From a virus (taxonomy: Duplodnaviria; Caudoviricetes): DNA of 55,936 nt. The notes beneath the pieces were generated by a model. It was not told the origin of the DNA, ran no database searches, and saw nothing but the letters and a program-made list of their open reading frames with translations. Location of the stretch: IMG/VR virus record IMGVR_UViG_3300049205_000038, positions 1 through 55,936 of that record. The stretch is one strand, 5' to 3'. Below, one piece after another: positions 52,035-55,936 of the stretch (positions are counted from its first letter, which is position 1; the number at the start of each line of letters is the position of its first letter). A program made the position numbers and the translations under genes.

Positions 52035-53387
52035 CTAGTAGTTGAGGCGCGGAGCCATCGCCCGCCACACTTCGTTGATCTCGATGTCGACGCCCGGCCC
52101 GCTCGGGTGGACGCCGTCGCTGATGATGCTCACCGGCGCGATCCCGCTGGTGATCGCCTTGTTGAACCCCCGGAACGTGTCGATCATGAACACGTCCTTG
52201 GCCTGGGCGATGCCGGGCAGCGAGTAGGCGATGCTGCGGCGCGCCGCCACGTTGGTGATGGTGTGCGTCGGGTTCTGGTTGAGCATGGCCAGCGTCGCCG
52301 TCGGGCACCGCTCGCGGATGTCGTCGATCCAGTCGCTCCAGGCGGTCTTCAGCTGGGTCATCCGGTAGCCGGCGTCGTTCAGCCCGGTCGCCAGGATGAT
52401 CGCCTGGGCGTCGCCGGGCACCACCAGCTTCGGCAGCCGCGTGGCGTCGGTGAGGTAGGTGAGCCCCGCGCCGGCCTGCGCGCCCGCCCAGGCGTACAGC
52501 GTCGCTGAGCCGGCGACGGCGACCGTCGGGGTCGGGCGCGGGAACCACGCCTCGACCGGCTGCACGTTGCGGATCGGCCCGTTGATCCCGTCGCGGATCT
52601 CGATGTGGCTGATCTCGGTGCCGGCGGCGACCGCGCCCGACCCCCCGGCGTTGCCGACGGCGATGTTGGCGGTGCTGTCGAAGATGCTCGTCGCGCCGGC
52701 GGTGCTCTGGCCGACCTGGGTCCAGGTCACCCCGTCGTCGCTGACGTAGGCGGTCGCGACCCCGGTCGCCGCCACCAGAGTCCCCCGCACCCATTTCCAG
52801 GTCCCGTCGGTGATCCCCAGCGGGTTGGTCGACTGGACGTTGGTCGTGATCGCGGTGCCGTCCGGCGACCAGTAGAACTGCGAGCGCCCGTCAGTGCGCA
52901 GGCCGATCTCCCAGCCGCGGTTCCCCGCCGCGCCCATCTGGCCCAGGAACCACGTGTTGGCGGCCGGCGTCCAGTCGGGGACCTTCACCCGCAGGCGCAC
53001 GTCGAAGTCGGCGGAGGTGCGCGCCGGCGGCTCGTTGTAGGGGATGTACCGATAGTCGCCGTCCTGCACGGTCCACACCAGCCGGCGCTCACCCTGGGTT
53101 CCGGCCTGGACCACCGTCTCGACGCCGTAGGACTGGGCGGTGTCGTCCCATATCCGCGCGACGATGCGCGCGTCCGGCAGAGCTGGGCCCAGCTTCTCGG
53201 CCAGCAGCCGGATGAACCAGTCGGTGGCTTCGTTCCCGGTGCTGTCGCTGAGCAGCAGCAGCGAGCTCGAATAGTCGCCGGCGATCAGCGGCGCGATGAT
53301 ATTGGCGAACGGCCCGTCGGCGGCGGCGCGCCGCGCCAGGGCCCTGGCTTGGTTCGCCTGCGAAAACGTCTTGATCAAGCCCGCCAC
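52035..53387 (-). CDS. SGNH/GDSL hydrolase with inserted LamG/concanavalin-like domain
   Basis: Start re-called to GTG 53387; LSDSTG (block I), G.ND (block III), DGVHP (block V); central GTWKWVR...YVS.DG beta-sandwich. Confidence 0.75.
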   Translation of the reverse strand: MAGLIKTFSQANQARALARRAAADGPFANIIAPLIAGDYSSSLLLLSDSTGNEATDWFIRLLAEKLGPALPDARIVARIWDDTAQSYGVETVVQAGTQGERRLVWTVQDGDYRYIPYNEPPARTSADFDVRLRVKVPDWTPAANTWFLGQMGAAGNRGWEIGLRTDGRSQFYWSPDGTAITTNVQSTNPLGITDGTWKWVRGTLVAATGVATAYVSDDGVTWTQVGQSTAGATSIFDSTANIAVGNAGGSGAVAAGTEISHIEIRDGINGPIRNVQPVEAWFPRPTPTVAVAGSATLYAWAGAQAGAGLTYLTDATRLPKLVVPGDAQAIILATGLNDAGYRMTQLKTAWSDWIDDIRERCPTATLAMLNQNPTHTITNVAARRSIAYSLPGIAQAKDVFMIDTFRGFNKAITSGIAPVSIISDGVHPSGPGVDIEINEVWRAMAPRLNY

Positions 53388-53410
53388 ATCACACCCCACG
53401 CCACTACCCG

Positions 53411-53440
53411 ATGTTAGCCGCCCGCGGCCTTCAGGGTCAA
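53411..53440 (-). promoter_or_regulatory. sigma70-type promoter
   Basis: TTGACC-18 bp-TAACAT. Confidence 0.6.
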
Positions 53441-54327
53441 GGACCGGCCGGCGGCCCAATGAACGCCGTCAGGTCCGTCGTGCCGCAGCGATAGTTGCGG
53501 ATCTGCACCGCGGCGCGGGCGGGGGTGTTGCCCCGATAGAGCCCGAACTGGCAGTGCGGGCCCGAGGCGTCGTTGTAGCCGGTCGCGCCGGAATAGTTGA
53601 CCACCTTGGTCCCGTCGATCCACACCTCATGGCTGCCGCCGGCGGTGTAGTTCCACACGGTTTTCGACACCACCCGATACCAGATCCCGGGGACGAACGC
53701 CGGCGTGGTCGAACGGATCGTCTGGCCGGGGTCGTCGGCGGTCAGGGTGAGCAGCGGATCGCCAACCCCCTTGGCCGGGATGGTCCGGGTGCCGATCTCG
53801 AAGCGGGCCGCGCCGCCGGCGGTGTCGAACACGTTGAAGGTCAGCGGCGCGGGCCCGATGGTGTCGGAGGCGTCGGCGGTGTTCTTCGCCTGGAAAAAGG
53901 CGTTGAACGTGCTGTCCATCCGGGTGCCCGGCTCGACCATCACGTCCATCATCATCCAGATGGGTGTGTCGTAGGCGTCGGCGGTCAGGCTGACCCACTC
54001 GGCCCGGTTGACCACGGTGGCGTTGTCGCCGAAAAACGACATCCCCGGGCGGTCTTCCATCCGCCACGTGCGCTTGTCGGACGACCGCTGCAGCACCCAG
54101 GTGTAGTACCCCGAGTGGTTCGAGTTGGCGTTGCCCTGGTAATACGACCGCCCGTCGAACGTCCACGACGCCACGAACCAGCTGTCGCGCCCCATCTTCA
54201 CGTAGGGCGTCCACTTGCGGGCGGTCATCTGCCCCTGCAGCGCCTGCGGCACCATCTGGGCCGGCGCAGGCCCGACGGTCGTCAGCAGGGCGACCAGGGC
54301 GACCAGGAGGGTGATGAACTTGCGCAT
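53437..54327 (-). CDS. secreted polysaccharide-lyase-like (beta-jelly-roll) protein
   Basis: Signal peptide MRKFITLLVALVALLTTVGPAPA; R.E, FFQ, G.WY.VV...W...G..EVWIDG..VVNY.G.TGY...FGLYR resemble the Polysacc_lyase/heparin-lyase-I-like family. Confidence 0.75.
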   Translation of the reverse strand: MRKFITLLVALVALLTTVGPAPAQMVPQALQGQMTARKWTPYVKMGRDSWFVASWTFDGRSYYQGNANSNHSGYYTWVLQRSSDKRTWRMEDRPGMSFFGDNATVVNRAEWVSLTADAYDTPIWMMMDVMVEPGTRMDSTFNAFFQAKNTADASDTIGPAPLTFNVFDTAGGAARFEIGTRTIPAKGVGDPLLTLTADDPGQTIRSTTPAFVPGIWYRVVSKTVWNYTAGGSHEVWIDGTKVVNYSGATGYNDASGPHCQFGLYRGNTPARAAVQIRNYRCGTTDLTAFIGPPAGP

Positions 54328-54331
54328 GGGC

Positions 54332-54907
54332 CTAGTTGGTCTGGAGCGAGTAGATCTCGACGTGGAGGTTCTCGGCGCTCACCGGCGTGAAGGCGGCGTT
54401 GGCCTTGAACCGGAAGTACAGCCCGGTGGTGGCGTTGGTCTTGAACGGGCAGCCGACCGCGTCATTGAACGCGCTGGTGTTGCTCGGGTCCTTCTGGCTG
54501 AGCACCAGGGCCACCCGGCACTGCAGCTTCTCGGCGTTGGCGTCGCTGATCGCGAAGCTAGCGTTGTCGTTCGGGCTGTCCACGGAGGCGTCGTACATGA
54601 ACACCTCCATCTGCAGCGGCGTGGCCGCCGCGTTCGAGCTGGTGACATGCACCGCGGTGATCACCCCCATCTTGCCCGCGGCGTCGACCAGCCCGGTGCA
54701 GGCGAAGTCGGTCGGGGCCGAGGTGCTGTCGGCGATCGCGTCGTCCGCGGCGTAGGCGGTGGTGTCCCCCGGCCGGTTCCAGTCGATCGTGCACTTGCCG
54801 CTGTAGCCCGCCACCAGGGGGGCGTAGCCGGCCAGGGCGGGGGACGCGGCGCTTGCCAGCGACAGCGCCGCGCCGCCGAGCAGGAGATATTTCGTGAGCT
54901 TGGTCAT
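54332..54907 (-). CDS. signal-peptide-bearing beta-rich phage protein
   Basis: Start re-called to ATG 54907; MTKLTKYLLLGGAALSLASAASPALA leader; RP.DTTAYAADD...DNA.F body; 4 Cys. Confidence 0.75.
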   Translation of the reverse strand: MTKLTKYLLLGGAALSLASAASPALAGYAPLVAGYSGKCTIDWNRPGDTTAYAADDAIADSTSAPTDFACTGLVDAAGKMGVITAVHVTSSNAAATPLQMEVFMYDASVDSPNDNASFAISDANAEKLQCRVALVLSQKDPSNTSAFNDAVGCPFKTNATTGLYFRFKANAAFTPVSAENLHVEIYSLQTN

Positions 54908-54909
54908 GG

Positions 54910-55476
54910 TCAGTACGCCGTCCATTCTGAGCCGGTGTAGGTGATCGCCACCGCCTGCCGGTTGACGTTGAGCACCAGGGTGCTCGCCCCGTCGATGTTG
55001 CCGGAGGCCGGCGTGATGGTGATCGGGTTGGTCGCCGCGTCGCCCTTGCAGTCCTTGACCACGAAGGTCAGCCCGGTCGCCGGGGTGCTGGGCAGGTTGG
55101 CGGTGGTCGCCGCGCCGGAGCTCTTGTTGACGCACACCAGATAGTCGCTGGTGGCGATGGTGACCGCGCCGGCGGCGGTGACCACCCGGGTCGGAACCGT
55201 CCACGGGGCGCTCAGCGCATAGGTCTTGACCTGGGCGGTGGTGGCTTTCTTGGTGGTGGCGCTCTGCACCACCGGCAAGGTCTCGGTGCCGTCCAGGGCG
55301 GACGCGCCCGGCAGCGCGCTGACCTTGGTCTGGGCGTGCGCCGGGGTCAGCGCGCCGACCATGACCACCAGAACCGCCGCCCAACTGATCGCCGCGCCGC
55401 AACCAATCGCCGCCGCCCAGCCGACCGCGACGGGGAGTGGTGCGCGCCACGGGGGCTTATTCCAGAATGATATCAT
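54910..55476 (-). CDS. signal-peptide-bearing fibre-like protein
   Basis: Hydrophobic leader ending AHA-Q, then KVSALP.A..L.GTE.LPVVQ and LP..P..G...VVKD..G.A..N.ITI....IDG...W fibre-type domains. Confidence 0.7.
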   Translation of the reverse strand: MISFWNKPPWRAPLPVAVGWAAAIGCGAAISWAAVLVVMVGALTPAHAQTKVSALPGASALDGTETLPVVQSATTKKATTAQVKTYALSAPWTVPTRVVTAAGAVTIATSDYLVCVNKSSGAATTANLPSTPATGLTFVVKDCKGDAATNPITITPASGNIDGASTLVLNVNRQAVAITYTGSEWTAY

Positions 55477-55582
55477 CGCCGCCCTCGGTCTGCAGCTGCG
55501 ATCCATCTTCGGCCAGGAGCCCATCCTCTGCAGGTGGGTCGGGCGGGTCGCCGCCGAACGTGAGCAAGATGGTTCGCGCCAT
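55457..55582 (-). CDS. small acidic protein (41 aa)
   Basis: Hand-translated MARTILLTFGGDPPDPPAEDGLLAEDGSQLQTEGGDDIILE*; the L..EdG..L.tE.G..I.LE motif is common in phage fibre-associated peptides. Confidence 0.6.
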   Translation of the reverse strand: MARTILLTFGGDPPDPPAEDGLLAEDGSQLQTEGGDDIILE

Positions 55583-55590
55583 GGGGTGGG

Positions 55591-55619
55591 ATGTTAGCCA
55601 GTCGTGACGCCGCGATCAA
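55591..55619 (-). promoter_or_regulatory. sigma70-type promoter, probably giving a leaderless mRNA
   Basis: TTGATC-17 bp-TAACAT, 8 nt before ATG 55582, with no SD sequence. Confidence 0.6.
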
Positions 55620-55780
55620 GGTCGCAGGTATTGGAACGCCGCCGCGTACAGCGCCACGAGGCTGAGCACATAGGCCACGCCCAGCAGGATCCAGGCCACG
55701 GGGCGGTGGATCTCGGGCTTGAGCCGGGAGCGCGGCAGGCGGCGCTGGTGTCGGGGGAGGGGTGGGGATGATGCGCGCAT
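55616..55780 (-). CDS. small single-TM membrane protein (54 aa)
   Basis: Hand-translated: basic N-terminus, then VAWILLGVAYVLSLVALYAAAF. Confidence 0.55.
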   Translation of the reverse strand: MRASSPPLPRHQRRLPRSRLKPEIHRPVAWILLGVAYVLSLVALYAAAFQYLRP

Positions 55781-55936
55781 GGGCGAATATTAATCTTCGG
55801 AGGTGGGCGGATTTTGGGCGAGGTATTAGGGGTGGTTAAATATGGGGTGATTAAAGGAAGTAAGGGTGAGGGGGTTTGGGGCGGTTGGTATTTATTAAAA
55901 TGAAACCGTAAACTGCTTTACACAAAGGTCTAAAAT

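Noticed and set aside
1-55936. tRNA genes, integrase/att site, terminal repeats
   Set aside because: None recognised by eye. The ends do not overlap and base 1 appears to be inside an ORF, so lifestyle and termini cannot be called.

Overview
The window is a large, probably incomplete, segment of a GC-rich tailed dsDNA phage genome with two convergent arms. The + strand arm (1 to ~22.3 kb) holds many small early genes, a MoxR-type AAA ATPase / DUF3150-like / metallopeptidase-vWA triad and a stand-alone DnaA domain-IV HTH protein. It also holds a family-A DNA polymerase, an HslV-like Ntn peptidase, HNH, PD-(D/E)XK and VRR-NUC nucleases, an Nmad5-like protein, a SNF2 helicase, a putative SSB and a primase-helicase. 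The - strand arm (~22.3 to 55.8 kb) is a podovirus-type morphogenesis block: terminases, portal, holin/spanins, scaffold, major capsid, tail tubular proteins, several fibres/spikes, an M15 endolysin and ejection proteins, including a 2134-aa transglycosylase-bearing internal protein. I see no tape measure, integrase, tRNA, CRISPR array or reverse transcriptase. An alphaproteobacterial host is a plausible inference only. Four signals stand out: (1) two early promoters each followed by a conserved three-hairpin leader with an identical 20-nt core, a candidate cis-acting antitermination RNA; (2) three adjacent late-arm genes encoding fibre-like or lyase-like proteins with Sec signal peptides and paired cysteines; (3) a promoter-to-terminator structured non-coding unit at ~8.9-9.07 kb; (4) a GCTAAC motif recurring in promoter spacers. 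All family assignments come from reading motifs by eye, not from database searches.
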